In this document: positions 40,271-53,385 of the stretch, piece after piece
How the letters are laid out: each line of letters starts with the position of its first letter
How positions within the stretch are numbered: the first letter of the stretch is position 1
DNA from: Octopus vulgaris
Taxonomy: Eukaryota
Length of the DNA: 64,000 nt
Assembly (NCBI GenBank): GCA_951406725.2
Contig: OX597820.1
Span: forward strand, 79,980,001 to 80,044,000
Direction: 5' to 3'
Made by a program: the position numbers and the translations under genes
The notes under the pieces: generated by a model
Database searches by the model: none
Told to the model about the DNA's origin: nothing
The model's input: the letters and a program-made list of their open reading frames with translations, nothing else

Positions 40271-40500
40271 GTGTGTGTGTTTGTGTGTCTGTGTTTGTCC
40301 CCCTAGCATTGCTTGACAACCGATGCTGGTGTGTTTACGTCCCCGTCACTTAGCGGTTTGGCAAAAGAGACCGATAGAATAAGTACTGTGCTTACAAAGA
40401 ATAAGTCCCAGGGTCAATTTGCTTGACTAAAGGCGGTGCTCCAGCATGGCCGCAGTCAAATGACTGAAACAAGTAAAAGAGTAAAAAAAGAGTAAAGAGT
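40092..40500 (+). mobile_element. SINE S2 (extra tail piece at 40010-40078; inverted head at 40505-40675)
   Basis: S2 motifs. Confidence 0.92.
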
Positions 40501-41202
40501 ATATTCACGATAGGCTTCTTTCAGTTTCTATCTACCAAATCCACAAATCCACCCACAAGGCTCTGGAAGGCCCGTGGTTATATTGGAAATCATTTTCCCA
40601 ACGTGTCATGCTGTGAAACTGAACTTGTAGCCGTGTGGATGGAAAGGAAGCTTCTTACCACACTGCTACATCTGAAACAAGATTTTAAGAGCGTTATTCC
40701 GTGGACAAAAGAAACACACGTTGCTGAAGTAATTTGCCAAAGCTTTTAGCTTGTAGCGTTTTCAATGAGTTCCTTGTAATGTGTCTTTGTACAAATTTGT
40801 TTTTAATAAGCATACCTATCATACAATATCACTTAGTCAGGCAATTAACAACAATATCAAACCCGCCAGGACAGATTCCACTTAAGTTCCTTTGCTAGCG
40901 AAATGAGCATTTAGAACTTTTACAAAGAAATCAACTGAGATTACTTCAGTACACAAGTCGTGTAGTTGTACGTTCTTATACACATACACAGCAGCCAAGA
41001 GTGTACAGTAAAGACTTTAATTTCATGTTTCTGTATGAATTTCTGTTGTTTATTTGAAAGTATGACACAGCTTGAACCGGTATTTCTGACCGTATGATAA
41101 TATTTAGGCAAACAAAATTAAAAGAAGAAAAACTAATAACAACAATAATGGTGGTTATGATCTTGATGATGATGATTATGATGATTAAGATTATGATATA
41201 AT

Positions 41203-41294
<92 letters not shown>

Positions 41295-41324
41295 TGATGA
41301 TGATGATGATAATAATAACAATAG

Positions 41325-41509
41325 GGCTGCAAATATGTGGAACAAATAGAAGCTGCAATAAAGGTGGAGCACTTGCAGAAAACTGCACTGCTTCGAACCG
41401 CTCGAGTACTCTGGAAGGTGCTCAAAAAATAAGAGGTGTTACCTTAGTTCACTGGTAGTGAACATCTGACACAGTAGTACATCTTCAATGTTAGAAGCTG
41501 TGCAAAGTC

Positions 41510-41510
<1 letters not shown>
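41325..41510 (+). mobile_element. RLE-type LINE extreme 3' fragment in (TAA)n
   Basis: KYVEQIEAAIKVEHLQKTALLRTARVLWKVL* plus 3'UTR. Confidence 0.8.
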
Positions 41511-41605
<95 letters not shown>

Positions 41606-41616
41606 TAATAATAATT

Positions 41617-42171
41617 GCTCTGATGCAATACCAGTCAGTGTTTCTCATGGCTGCTGATCTTAACTGATTGGAAGTGGTATCATGTACATTGTTTTGTCTT
41701 GGTATAAAAGATGGGCTACAGCAAATATTCTGCTCAATACCACAGATTTGCTTGTCAGTTGTTTGACCGTAACCAGTTGAGCATGTCCCTTAGTGGCTGA
41801 CGATATGTGCATCTCTGATCACGAGCAGAAGTAGTGGGGGAGAATCATAACCATGTGTTGAAAGGAATTCTTTGAGGTTGGATAATTCACCTTTGGAAAC
41901 ATGGGTGGTTCGTTCAACATAATTAAATAATCCTTATTCAGGGACCTTTTAAGCGGGATGGGCTACACGACCAGAAGAAAATTCTTACTGGGCCCCACCT
42001 GCAAGGTCATGTGCTGTTTATCTTGATATGAGATTACCATGTCGCGCCGAACATATGGTTGTGATGCATGTGCCTAGTGTACCCTTATCAGACGGGTAGT
42101 CATGATGGGTATACTGGGCTTCGTATATTTGTACCCGTGTCACTTTGATGGAATGCACTGCTCTCTCACTC
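41617..42171 (+). mobile_element. T560 element, apparently full length
   Basis: Same 5' start as the 57578 copy; fixed 3' end; (TAA)n on both flanks. Confidence 0.92.
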
Positions 42172-42264
<93 letters not shown>

Positions 42265-42269
42265 AATAA

Positions 42270-42545
42270 ACCAATTATTATTGGGTTCTTAGCGACAGTA
42301 TCAGACAGCATCAAGACGAACACAAAGGAAATAGGAGTTGAGTGCCCAGTAGAGCTGTTGCAAAAAAGGTTTACCTCCTTGCCACGGCCAGAATAATCAG
42401 GAAAATTATTGGATAGTTGAAAAAGAACAGCTAGCATGATACCGTAGGCAGTAAGTAGCAAGTCCGCTATGCATGCAAGACTCCAGGAGTTACAATGAGA
42501 AAAAAACAGAAAAGAAAGAAATCTGAGTTAAAAATAGTAAAAATA
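42270..42545 (+). mobile_element. RLE-type LINE extreme 3' fragment (different subfamily)
   Basis: PIIIGFLATVSDSIKTNTKEIGVECPVELLQK..LATARIIRK. Confidence 0.75.
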
Positions 42546-43134
42546 ACGCATCAGTATATTCGATTTCTTATATCCCAATTGTTTAAATCTATTGATTTGA
42601 ATAATATCTACTTCCTAATCCAATAGAACGGAGACACTTTTTAATTTCCTTTCTCAATAGATTTTTAAAAACAAAAGTGCAACTTTAGAGAGGTGAGAAT
42701 AATATCAACGCCAGTACTTAAAAGGAAGAGAGGAGATTAATTCAATATAATTTCCTGTCACTAGCGATTCTGACGGTAAAACTTAGTCAGTGATGTGACA
42801 GCATCCATATTAATAATAAATATTTCAATGATACACATTTAAAGAATGCAACAATTTCGCTGTTGCAATGAAGAAAATGAAATTTATTGCACGTCGTTTG
42901 TCCATTAATATGGAATGGCAGTAGCATATGCTACTGGCACTTATATTCAAGGAATGTGCCAAATCTACTTAGCATAGAAATGGTCCCGGAGGAGATATCA
43001 GTATGGTTTTAACTGCAAAAGAAAAATTGGAAAATATGCTAAAGATATTTAGTATTAACACGTTAACGACATTTTGCAGTTGCTGAGTCTCTAAAGCTGG
43101 ATAATCTTTGTATATATTAACACATTTTAATAAT

Positions 43135-43325
43135 GTTTCAGAGCGGAGGGGGTCAAGTTGAGTACAGCAACCTCAGTGTTCAACTAGTACATCATTTTAT
43201 CGACCCCAAAAGGATGAAAGGCAAACTTCATTTAGGCGGAATTTGAACCCAGAACATAAAGAGTCGGAAAAAATGCCGATGAGCTTTTTGTCCGACGCGC
43301 TGACAATTCTGCTAAGCTTGCCGTC
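43135..43325 (-). mobile_element. SINE S1, degenerate
   Basis: tcgaccccaaaaggatgaaaggcaaa...ggcggaatttgaaccc. Confidence 0.8.
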
Positions 43326-43359
43326 CCAGATTTGAAATCAATTTGAAGTGAAGATTACA

Positions 43360-43567
43360 TACTCTTTACTCTTTTAATTGTTTCAGTCATTGGACTGCGG
43401 CCATGCTGGAGCACTGCCTATTAGTCGAGCAAATCGCCCCCAGGACTTATTCTTTGTAAGCCTAATACTTATTCTCTCGGTCTCTTTTGCCGAACCGCCA
43501 AGTTACGGGGACGTAAACAAACCACCATCGGTTGTTAAGCGATGTTGAGGGACCAACACAGACACAT

Positions 43568-43634
<67 letters not shown>

Positions 43635-43806
43635 CATATATACGACGGACTTCTTTCACTTTCCGTCTACCAAATCCACTCACAAGGCTTTGGTCGACCT
43701 GAGGCTATAGTAGAAGACACTTGCCCAAGGTGCCACGCAGTGGGACTAAACCCAGAACCATGTGGTTTGTAAGCAAGCTACTTACCACACAGTTACTCCT
43801 GCGCCT
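43360..43806 (-). mobile_element. SINE S2, full length
   Basis: S2 motifs in reverse, internal (CA)n(TA)n. Confidence 0.93.
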
Positions 43807-43831
43807 ATTGAACTGCGTCTATTGAACTAAC

Positions 43832-44055
43832 ATTGATTTCAAATCTTGGCACAAGGCCTGCAATTTGGGGAGATTAGAGAGGAGATTAGTCAATTACAAT
43901 GTTCCCAGTGCTCAACTGATACTGATTTTATCGAGCCCGAAGCGATGAAGGTAAAATCTACCTCAGCGGAATTTGAACTCAGAACGCAAAAACAGGCCAA
44001 ATGCAGCTCTGCATGTTGCCCTGCGTGCTAACCATTCTACCAGCTGGCCGCCTTA
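43832..44055 (-). mobile_element. SINE S1, degenerate
   Basis: gcggaatttgaactcagaacg...cagctggccgcctt. Confidence 0.8.
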
Positions 44056-44304
44056 TGGCAATAAATGATATTGATTACTAGAATTACTCCAAAGTGGCAT
44101 ATTTTGGAAGTCGCAACCAGTTTATTACTGGTACTTACTGAGCTAAGGTAGGAACGTTCTGGAAATGTTAGAAATCATAAACCCATATGAGGATACATTA
44201 ATTCATCCAAGTAGATTGCAGCACTGCATTGTAATTAGATTCATCGAATTATTAAAAACCTTGCGGACGGAGATAAAACAACAGAAAACAAAACATAATC
44301 TTCG

Positions 44305-44542
44305 TTCTAGATTTAAGAGATGAGGAATTATGTACATTATTTACATTATTTACATTTGACGGATATTTGTCCTCATCTTGTTTGTTGTTAACACAACGTT
44401 TCGTCTGCTATACCCTCCAGCCTTCACCAAGTGTCTTGGGGAAATTTCGAACCTGGGTTCTCATTCCTAAGGTATGTCATAGTGGTTAAGAGCTCGGCTA
44501 CTAACTTCAAGATTCCGAGTTCGATTCCAGGCAGTGACCTGA
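44305..44542. mobile_element. Family A element, partial: HHR arm (44390-44435, - strand, core mutated to TTGGTGA) plus tRNA-like module
   Basis: Reverse complement of 6328-6497, followed by tagtggttaagagctcggctactaac...gagttcgattccaggcagtgacctg(aat)n. Confidence 0.85.
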
Positions 44543-44559
44543 ATAATAATTATAATAAT

Positions 44560-45175
44560 CACTTTTAGTCATCCACAGCCATCTTTTTTCTCTGTATGTC
44601 TTATCTTCAACATCCCTACGAAATTGACCATGCACTCTTCTTTACCCACCTATTTTCAGTTTCTTGTATAGTGCTTTATCTTTGTAATCTTTCATCCTAC
44701 ATAAGCCTGACCTTCTTACTTCTAGTAATAGCGGTTCTGTGGTATTTTTTACATACCATGCTATGTTGTTTTCTTCTGCTCTAATGCTGTGTTCGCATCC
44801 AGTAAGTCCTCTTCCCCCTCTTTTTCTTTGTACATACAGTTTGTGTGTGCAACTTTTTGATTGGAGTGACCCATATCTAGTTAGCAACTTCCTTGTCTTT
44901 TTGCCTAAGCTGTTTAGTTCGTCTACCGTCCATGCGATTACCCCTGATCCATATCTAAGGAATGAAACCGCCCAGGTGTTGATAGCTTCGATCTTATTAC
45001 GTCCGTTTGATTTCGACTTAAGGATCAGTCTCAGTCTGCGCAAGTACTACACCTTAAATTTGTCTGTCATTTCTTTCTCCGTCAATTTATCCATATCCAA
45101 ATTCCCCAAGTACTTATAGCCCGTCTCTTCTATTTGCTTCATAACCTCTCCCGACGGTATCGTTAGTCCGCCCAT
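44560..45175 (-). mobile_element. R4/Dong-like LINE fragment (end of RT / thumb region)
   Basis: GYKYLG...RRLRLILKSK.NGRNKIEAINTWAV..LRYG...KTRKLLT...LYV.RKRGGRGL. Confidence 0.92.
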
Positions 45176-45567
45176 ACTCAACTGGACGTCCTGTTCGATC
45201 TTCATCTTCAAGGCTGAAATCTCCACTTCTGAATTTTGCAAACCATCTTCTGCAAGTTCTTTCATTCAAGCATTCTTTCCCATAAACTGAGTGTAGGTTT
45301 CGAGTCGCTTCGGTTGTTGAGTTTTCTTTTTTGTACTCGTAAAGCATTATGTGCCTCAAATGCTCTTTGGATACTTCCATGTTAGAAAGGTTTTTAATCG
45401 GAGAAATTTTCATTTTATTATTCTGTAAAATAATTTTTAATTAGTTTAAATGTACACAAATGCATAAAAGTAATTTTTAATTCCATTAGACATTCTAAAA
45501 TACTATTAAATTTCATTCAAGTTTAAAAAATATAAAATCGGACAGAATTTATGGGAATGACCTGATA
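45176..45567 (-). mobile_element. Mariner 5' fragment (TIR plus transposase N-terminal HTH)
   Basis: MEVSKEHLRHIMLYEYKK...ATRNLHSVYG...RTCRRWFAKFRSGDFSLEDEDRTGRP; end TA-TCAGGTCATTCCCATAAATTCTGTCCG. Confidence 0.92.
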
Positions 45568-45749
45568 AACATTTGTACAAGTCATGCGCATTAAACATTC
45601 CATTGATGCATGCATTGGGAGATGCTTGTGCTGATTACTTTGGGCGTATCAACGTCAAATAATATCAATGTCAACTGTCCTTCAAAATTATTTAATTTAA
45701 ATACATCTTTTTAAATACGACGTGTAACTAGAAGAACTGCATACTTTTT

Positions 45750-46190
45750 TGTCTTTTCTACTCCAGGTACAAGGCTCCAAATTTTTGGCAGGGACCAGTC
45801 GATTAGATCGACTCCAGTACGCAACTGGTACCTAATCTATCGACCCCGAAAGAATGAAAGGCAAAGTTGACCTCGGCGGAATTTGAACTCAGAACGTAGC
45901 GGCAGACGAAATACCGCTAAGCATTTCGCCCGGCGTGCTGACGTCTCTGCCAACTCGCCCCCTTAGAAGAACTGTATATAGTATAGAGAGATCACAAGGC
46001 GGTGAGATGGCAGAACTATTAGCAATTCGTACGCCTCTACGTCTCGAGTTCAAATGCCGCCGAGGTCGACTTTGCTTTTCATTCTCTCGGGATCGATAAA
46101 ATTAGTACCAGCTGAACACTGAGATCGTTGTTATCGATTTACCCACTTTCCAGAAGTTGTTGACCTTGTGCCAAAATTTGAAACCAACAT
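45750..46190. mobile_element. Two S1 SINEs head-to-head (45750-45965 -, 45997-46190 +)
   Basis: S1 motifs in opposite orientations ~35 bp apart. Confidence 0.85.
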
Positions 46191-46199
46191 AGAGAGATC

Positions 46200-46550
46200 A
46201 TGAATGTTGGGTAACGACCGAAAGAATATGATGCGCGAACACGTGGGGCTGAAATAGGGTTCCCTTGAAGAAGGAGCAACGTTACCCGAAAGGGTGCGTA
46301 GCTCGATGTCGGTAAAATGTTGCAGGAAAGAATCGCAAGATGGATTCTTCAAGCCGAGACAACTAATCAGATCTAGAGATAAAAGAAGATCGTGATGGTT
46401 GGATAATATCCATAGTCTCAATTGGTTATTGGAATCCAGCATGAAATGTTAGTGACAGTTGATTTTGACAGGACCCTGTGGAGCAGGCACCTGAGGACTC
46501 TACTCCAATGAACTTCGCAGAAATAATGGGATGAGAAGATGGATGGATAA
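46200..46550 (+). mobile_element. Decayed RTE-like LINE 3' end
   Basis: RSRDKRRS*WLDNI ... DRTLWSR resembles R.RGRP..RW.D.I ... DR..WR; ends in (GATG)n. Confidence 0.5.
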
Positions 46551-47082
46551 ATTGATGATGGTCACAGCAGTAAAAATTGCGACTTTAGATTCATTAGAGG
46601 AATATTTAAAAATTTGCGGTGGTCTAATTATCCTTCGACTTTCGGTGAGAGGGACATATTCAACCAAGAGCTAGATATAGTACGTAACTAGCAAAATTAT
46701 ATGATTCTTTTTTTCTTTTCCTGCTAGAGTATTACCAAAGACAAAAGTGTCGTTGGTGTTAACTAACAGGGAATTAAAATGGAAGTGTTAAAATGGTATT
46801 CTTGTGGGGAAATATTTTATGTTGTTATAGACATTTTTAGTTGTCACAATCTAAGATTTCAGATTTAATGACAAGCAGCTCGTAAAAGCATTTGATAGGT
46901 TTCTGAAAGAGTTAGGCAAATAATTTTCTCTCTCACTCCTCTCGCCTTCTCAGACAATACATACATACATACATACATACATACATACAATGAACGAGCC
47001 ATGGATCTAAATTAGAAACCAGCTAGTTCTCTATTGGCAAGAAATCTTGATATAAAACTGAATAATGACGTCTGTTTGTCTG

Positions 47083-47199
<117 letters not shown>

Positions 47200-47202
47200 A
47201 CA

Positions 47203-47702
47203 TGGTGGCTGCTCCCTCGTTATCGAATATGACCATTGCACGAAACTTAATCAATGTTGTTATCGTGCAATACCTGTGCAAGAAGATTTTTTTAAAGTGA
47301 GTAAAGGCTGTGCACTGAGTCAATCCCACTCACTAAGCAACAGCAGCCATAATCCGAAAAGAACAAGTCAACATCATCGGTAACTACTGAGCCGCAGGTT
47401 TTATCTCGGAGTTATCCCAATTACCTGAGTTACCTTCTCCTTGAAGGATGCCCTAACAAAGTCCGATTATTTCTATGTCCCCGCGCATGATACAGCCTTA
47501 AGACATTTATTGGATGGCCGTTGACTCTCAAGAGTTCCTCCGCCCTTTGACGGGTTCTGTTTTTCCTCCCGCAGGGTGTCCAATAAACCCCCTCCTCACC
47601 AAGCAAGCTTGGTGGGGTTGCCGGTTTAGTCACCGACGACCCGACCATGCAACAGGTTGTACTGGGTTACATGTTACCAGTAGCACTGGAAAGTGACCTG
47701 AC
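47203..47702 (-). mobile_element. GC-rich insert resembling an RTE-type LINE 5'UTR
   Basis: Reverse complement has gggcatccttcaaggagaaggtaactc...aaacctgcg, recalled as similar to RTE 5'UTR motifs; sits between microsatellites. Confidence 0.45.
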
Positions 47703-47745
47703 ATATCTATACATACATACATGCATACATACATACATACATACA

Positions 47746-47777
<32 letters not shown>

Positions 47778-47968
47778 GATATCAAAGATTTACGTGTAGC
47801 TGTATATAGCATCGATATATTTATATTTATGCAGGTAAATGAGCATATACTTACATGCGCGTGTCACATCAATATGAATGTATGAGCATGTGTATGCTAT
47901 AAATAGACACATGTATTTATATATACACATCAATGCATTTGAATGCATTTATGTATATATATATAAAT

Positions 47969-48011
<43 letters not shown>

Positions 48012-48079
48012 CATACACATATATGCATATATATGCATATATGTGTGTGTGTGTGTGTGTTTGTATGTGTGTCTAGTTA

Positions 48080-48400
48080 AGGCGCATGGCTTAGTGGTTA
48101 GGGCATTCGGCTCATGAGCTTAAGGTCGTGGGTTCAATTTCCGGCGACGCGTTGTGTCCTCGAGCAAGACACTTTATTTTACGTTGCTTCAGTTCACTCA
48201 GCTGGCAAAAATGAGTAGTACCTGTATTTCAAAGGCCCGGCCATGTCACACACCGTGTCACGCTGAATCTCCCTGAGGACTACGTTAATGGAACCCATGT
48301 CAGTGGATTGCTCAGCCACTTGTACGTTAATTTCACGAGCAACGTGTTTCGTTGATGGTATCAGCTGAGACCCTCGACGTCGTAACTGACAGTGCTCCAT
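48080..48400 (+). mobile_element. tRNA-derived SINE, S3 variant
   Basis: ggcgcatggcttagtggttagggcattcgg...gggttcaatttcc head. Confidence 0.85.
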
Positions 48401-48600
48401 ATGTATGTGTGTATATATATATATATATACATACATACATACAGACACACACACACATACATACATATATATTGGTTTTGTGCTGAGTTTTATTTGAGAA
48501 CATACTCTTTGTGGAGAATGGCGATTTGACGTCTATATCTAGCATATTGACTGTCCACTTTTCGTGTTCAGTCCTTAATTTGTATATATATATATATATA

Positions 48601-49409
48601 TTACATTGTATAAAAGGGCTTAGTAAAATAAATTACTTTGCCACATACTGAACTCATTAGAAATAGCAGCCAAAAAAAGAATTTTTAGCGATTTCTAATA
48701 CTTAAAGAAGATTTCTCTCAGATAGTGTTTACTCAAAATAACCCACGAAGGTATGGGGGTAAAAACATTAAAAAATCACAAATGTAAAGATTATTTGAGA
48801 ACGTACGTTTCTAGATCAGCCAAATACAATTCGACATTTCTTTCGTCAGCCCAAAATTTCTTAATTCGGATTTGGAAACACTGAAAGCAGGAGCATACTC
48901 TTTTGGCGACTTTTCACCTCAGAAGAACCGTTCAAACTAACAGTGCCAACAAATTCAAAATATGCAAGCGAAGAATTCCTGCTCTCCCCTTCCACCCACG
49001 TGGGTCAGACTAGTAAACACCATATTTTATCGGTGAAAACCGAGGCATTAAACAGAGAGAAATGAATTATAATTTCAACAATTGAGGGTAAAATTAATTA
49101 GCTATTAATCAATTTCACCAAGTATTCAGTATGTAAAGGGACCATTTAAGGCGAATTCAAAATATTACATTGTATAAAAGGGCTTAGTAAAATAAATTAC
49201 TTTGCCACATACTGAACTTATTAGAAATGGCTAAAAAATCTTTTTTTGGCTGCTATTTCTAATGAGTTCAGTATGTGGCAAAGTAATTTATTTTACTAAG
49301 CCCTTTTATACAATGTAATATTTTGAATTCGCCTTAAATGGTCCCTTTACATACTGAATACTTGGTGAAATTGATTAATAGCTAATTAATTTTACCCTCA
49401 ATTGTTGAA

Positions 49410-49411
<2 letters not shown>
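48601..49411 (-). mobile_element. HHR-bearing element, family D: 564-bp unit, partial direct repeat and 340-bp palindrome
   Basis: 48601-48665 repeated at 49165-49228; arms 49072-49228 and 49255-49411 nearly perfectly inverted; (TA)n flanks. Confidence 0.88.
48794..48855 (-). ncRNA. Type-I hammerhead ribozyme, family D, core intact
   Basis: Reverse complement TTTGGG-CTGACGA-a-aga..GTCGAAT tgt ATTTGGC..tct-a-GAAAC-GTAC-GTT-CTCAAA. Confidence 0.82.
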
Positions 49412-49466
<55 letters not shown>

Positions 49467-49619
49467 TGTGCGCGCGTGTGTAAAGGGGATTCATACAGTT
49501 TCACTTGAAAGTCAAACTGTGAATCTACTTGTAATTCTCGTTGAATACTTTATATTTCTGCAGAAAAACAAATGGTAAAAAACCTTGCTACTCGGTAATA
49601 GTTATAATCAAAGCTCTGA

Positions 49620-50145
49620 TATTGTCATGCACTTTTCCTCCTCTACACTAAACTTTAGAAAGATCAACTTCAACAATATGTATACTACGACTAGCGAAGG
49701 ATATCGTTTATCAATGTAGAGTTATTGTTCTGACACCGACAAATACTGGATATAACCCAACGCAAATCCTTTTAAGTCACATCTCGACCAAGAAAATGAT
49801 ATCCTCTTCACCAGCTCTTCACTTAAGGCTTCCGCATAGTCCTGATATATCTGGAAGGTTAAGAATGATCACATGATTTACACTGTAATGTAATATCTAG
49901 ATATAAAGTTGGAAAAGAATAGCTAGGAGCAAATTCTATCATGGTGACTTCGGACTTTGGAATATATATTGATCAATGAGATTTGCCACATTTTTTCCTT
50001 TAAGCCAATCGTTATTTCCAATCTGCTATTTCAGATGTACATCCAGCATCTCAGGCTAAAGATAAATATCATGTCCCCACCATCCTTCGCCTTCACCCCA
50101 ACAACCTATTTCAGGCTAACTTCCATCTGCACAAAACCATAACTA
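49620..50145 (-). mobile_element. Highly decayed CR1/L2-like reverse transcriptase remnant
   Basis: Traces YGF... and AILFQLYI.. in an order compatible with QYGF / PQGS.LGP.LF..YINDL; many stops. Confidence 0.3.
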
Positions 50146-51266
50146 CGAATCTACTCTCTCTCACCCTCTCTCCTCCCTCTCTCTCTCTCTTTTTCTCTTG
50201 CAAATACACGCAGACATACTCACGCATACACTCGCATACACGTATACACACAAAATATGCATCCCACATCACCACTCTGTTCGAAAAATCTGTTGTTTCA
50301 AAATGCCTTATTTTACAGCTATGAGACGTATTATTATTGTCATGATTTTATCTTACTATAATCACAAACACATTTCGTCAATATAAAAGTCTTTATTAGA
50401 TTTAAAACATTACCAAAACATGAGGGTAAAACAAAACAAATACACCTTATACACCGGAAAATACGGTAATTGCAGTGGCAGTGACAAGTTCACTCGCTGG
50501 CTGCTAGTTGATGGTGTAGAAGGGAGGGGAAAGAGCAAGGAATACACGGCGCTGACTAGAAAGGAAGAAAGGATAAAGTCGGCATCGTTTTCCCTCGTCA
50601 TACGAATAGAAGAGAGTGTGACATTTCGTAGAGATGACCCGGAAGTTGTTCCTCTTCGATTACTATCACAAACAGCAGTAGCTTTCTTCAAACGAATACA
50701 CGTCGTTGATTGGTTAAAATTACCCAAATACGATATTTTTAACACGAAATAACTTCGAAAATACGAAATTTTGTCAAAAACGTTTCTACGTGAGAAATTC
50801 TACCAATATTCAAAGTTTCAAACTGTTTAGTTAAAAAATATTGATTAAAAAATATGTGATTGAAATGGAATAGATCCTAGCCTACAACTGAAAGAGCATA
50901 TCTAGGTACTCTCATCCCCGCATGAATCACAACCACCCACAGTTGTAAACAAGCGTGTCCATAGCCGTGTTTTCACAGCTACACGCATGCAAAGTACCAT
51001 TGACGTTGATTACGTAAACATCCATACTTAGGAAATAAAATCCTCGTCTTTCTACACGTCTCCTCTCTTCATCATACTCTCACTTCCCCTTCTCATAATA
51101 TACTTCCCTATCTACTGTTGCCTGCATTGCATTCTCTTATAATTTATTGTATAAGTATCTGTACACACACACACACACACACAAGTATGCACACACATAC
51201 ACAACGTACGCAAACACATGCATGTTTATCTGTCTATCCAATTCTCTCTCTCTCTCTCTCTATCTA

Positions 51267-51313
<47 letters not shown>

Positions 51314-51322
51314 GTCAGTCTG

Positions 51323-51459
<137 letters not shown>

Positions 51460-51873
51460 AATGTGTAATTGCATGTGCGTGTATCTGTGTGTACATGTGT
51501 ATATCTGTTAAGCAGGAATGCATGTATCTGCATATTTCTATCATTAGTATCTGAAGATAATTCACTCCTGTTCGCGTCTTATCAACGACTGTTGATGAAT
51601 TCATTATCCGGTCTGTAAACACTTTGGAATCTGTGTCATTGCCATATCTGCTGGCTTTTATGTTGCCTCATGTATTTATATATAAATGCATCGCGCGCGC
51701 GCGTGTGTGTAATTGTATACTAAATATATGATGTGGTTTATGTTATTTGTCCTCTGAGTACGTTTTACTATTTCCATCCTCTGCAGTGGGTATTCTAAGT
51801 GCTCTTGGATGCTGAACTATAACAGTTCATCGGGGTCATTGAAGTTTGTGTTCGTGTGTACACACATGTGCGC

Positions 51874-51910
<37 letters not shown>

Positions 51911-52129
51911 AGAGAGAGGGGGAAAGAGGGAGGCAGTTTGTATGTGTATGGGTGTGTGTGAGTCAATGTTTGTGCGAGCGTTTTGCATATCTTCTATATG
52001 TGTATGTATCAGAATTTATGTATGTGAGGGTGTTATAAAGCTCCTGACTCTGGGTAAAAGAAAATACTGGAAGATCAATTAATTATGATTTTATTCAGCA
52101 TATTCTCCTTCTCAGATTCACATGCTTAT

Positions 52130-52241
52130 TGAAGCGGTCCTTCTGTTTTTCCAATCCCTGTAAAAGAACTCGGAATTCTGAGCTTCTAGCCAGGCGTTTA
52201 TCATTAGCCTCAAACCCAGGAACTTTTCAGCACCCCTCGTA
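52130..52241 (-). mobile_element. Mariner-like terminal region
   Basis: Reverse complement TA-CGAGGGGTGCTGAAAAGTTCCTGG; homolog of 27110-27249. Confidence 0.7.
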
Positions 52242-52289
52242 TTTATTACATGCAAGCGAGTGTGTTACCGCCGCCCTATCTGCCAGGAC

Positions 52290-52778
52290 GCATGACCATG
52301 TGGTCCGGTGTTTCACTCCCGGTCACAAGATCGTGGTTAAGATTCCTAGACCGGGTGGCGCGTTGAGTTTTTGAGCAAACGCTTTATTTCACCTTTCCCC
52401 AGTCCACTCAGCTGTAAACTGTAACCCTGCGATGGACTGACGACCCGTTCAGGAAGAATGGTGTGTTCTCAGTCATGGAAATCGAGAAACCGGTAATACG
52501 AGTCCAAGGACTCGAGACAGCAATACCCAAGAGACTTAATTATTTATTTCTTTATTGCCCACAATGGGCTAAACACAGAGGGGACAAACAAGGACAGACA
52601 AATGATATTAAGTCGATTACATCGACCCCAGAGCGTAACTGGTACTTATCTAATCGACCCCGAAAGGATGAAAGGCAAAGTGGACCTTGGTAGAATTTGA
52701 ACTCAGAACGTAGTGGCAGACGAAATACTGCTAAGCATTTCGCCCGGTGTGATAACGATTCTACCAGTTCGCTGCCTC
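52290..52778. mobile_element. S3 SINE (+, 52290-52530) tail-to-tail with an S1 SINE (-, 52545-52778)
   Basis: ccctgcgatggactgacgacccgttcagg; S1 reverse motifs. Confidence 0.8.
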
Positions 52779-52984
52779 TAAGAGATTTAATTAGTTTTAC
52801 CCTGTCTGTGCAGCAAAAGTGAACACTATTTACAAACGAAAAAAGCTGCAGCTTTCTTCTGTGTCTTACAAAATTCTGTGAGTTTGTTATTTTATGTGTG
52901 TGCGTCAAACTAGAACTATTGCTCAGGGGTCGATTAACACATCGACGGAAAATATAAAATGTGAATTAAAATTTCTTTACATGT

Positions 52985-53171
52985 CATTTGATTGCTTTAT
53001 TCATCGAACTGCAGTCATGCTGGGGCACCAGCTTAAAGTTATTAGTCGAACAAGTCGACGCTATTACTTATTTTAAAGTCTGATATAATTATCTGTCTAA
53101 TTTGCCAAACCGCTGAGTTAACGGGATCGTAAAGACAGCAACACCTGTTGTCAAACACGTACACACACGCA

Positions 53172-53225
<54 letters not shown>

Positions 53226-53385
53226 CACGGGGTCTCCGAGTAATTTCTATGTATATAATTCTTTCACAAGATATTGTTCAATCTTTGGCTAAAGTAAAAG
53301 ATATTAGCCCCAAGTGCCTGCCGCGCGTTGGGATTGAACTAGAAACCAAGTGGTTGGCAAAGCGACCCTCATAACCACACAGCCT
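52985..53385 (-). mobile_element. SINE S2, degenerate
   Basis: gcagtcatgctggggcacc...gggattgaact...aaccacacagcc. Confidence 0.75.

Noticed and set aside
41790-41855. CTGACGA...GAAG in T560 as a hammerhead
   Set aside because: GAAG rather than GAAA in every copy that covers it, and no stem I/III consistent with HHR topology
49252-49382. CTAATGA...GAAA as a second hammerhead in family D
   Set aside because: G5 is missing, and the flanking tttc/gaaa pair with each other as part of a plain long hairpin
50410-50880. Overlapping 110-aa ORFs on both strands
   Set aside because: No recognisable domain; more likely the interior of an unclassified non-autonomous DNA element
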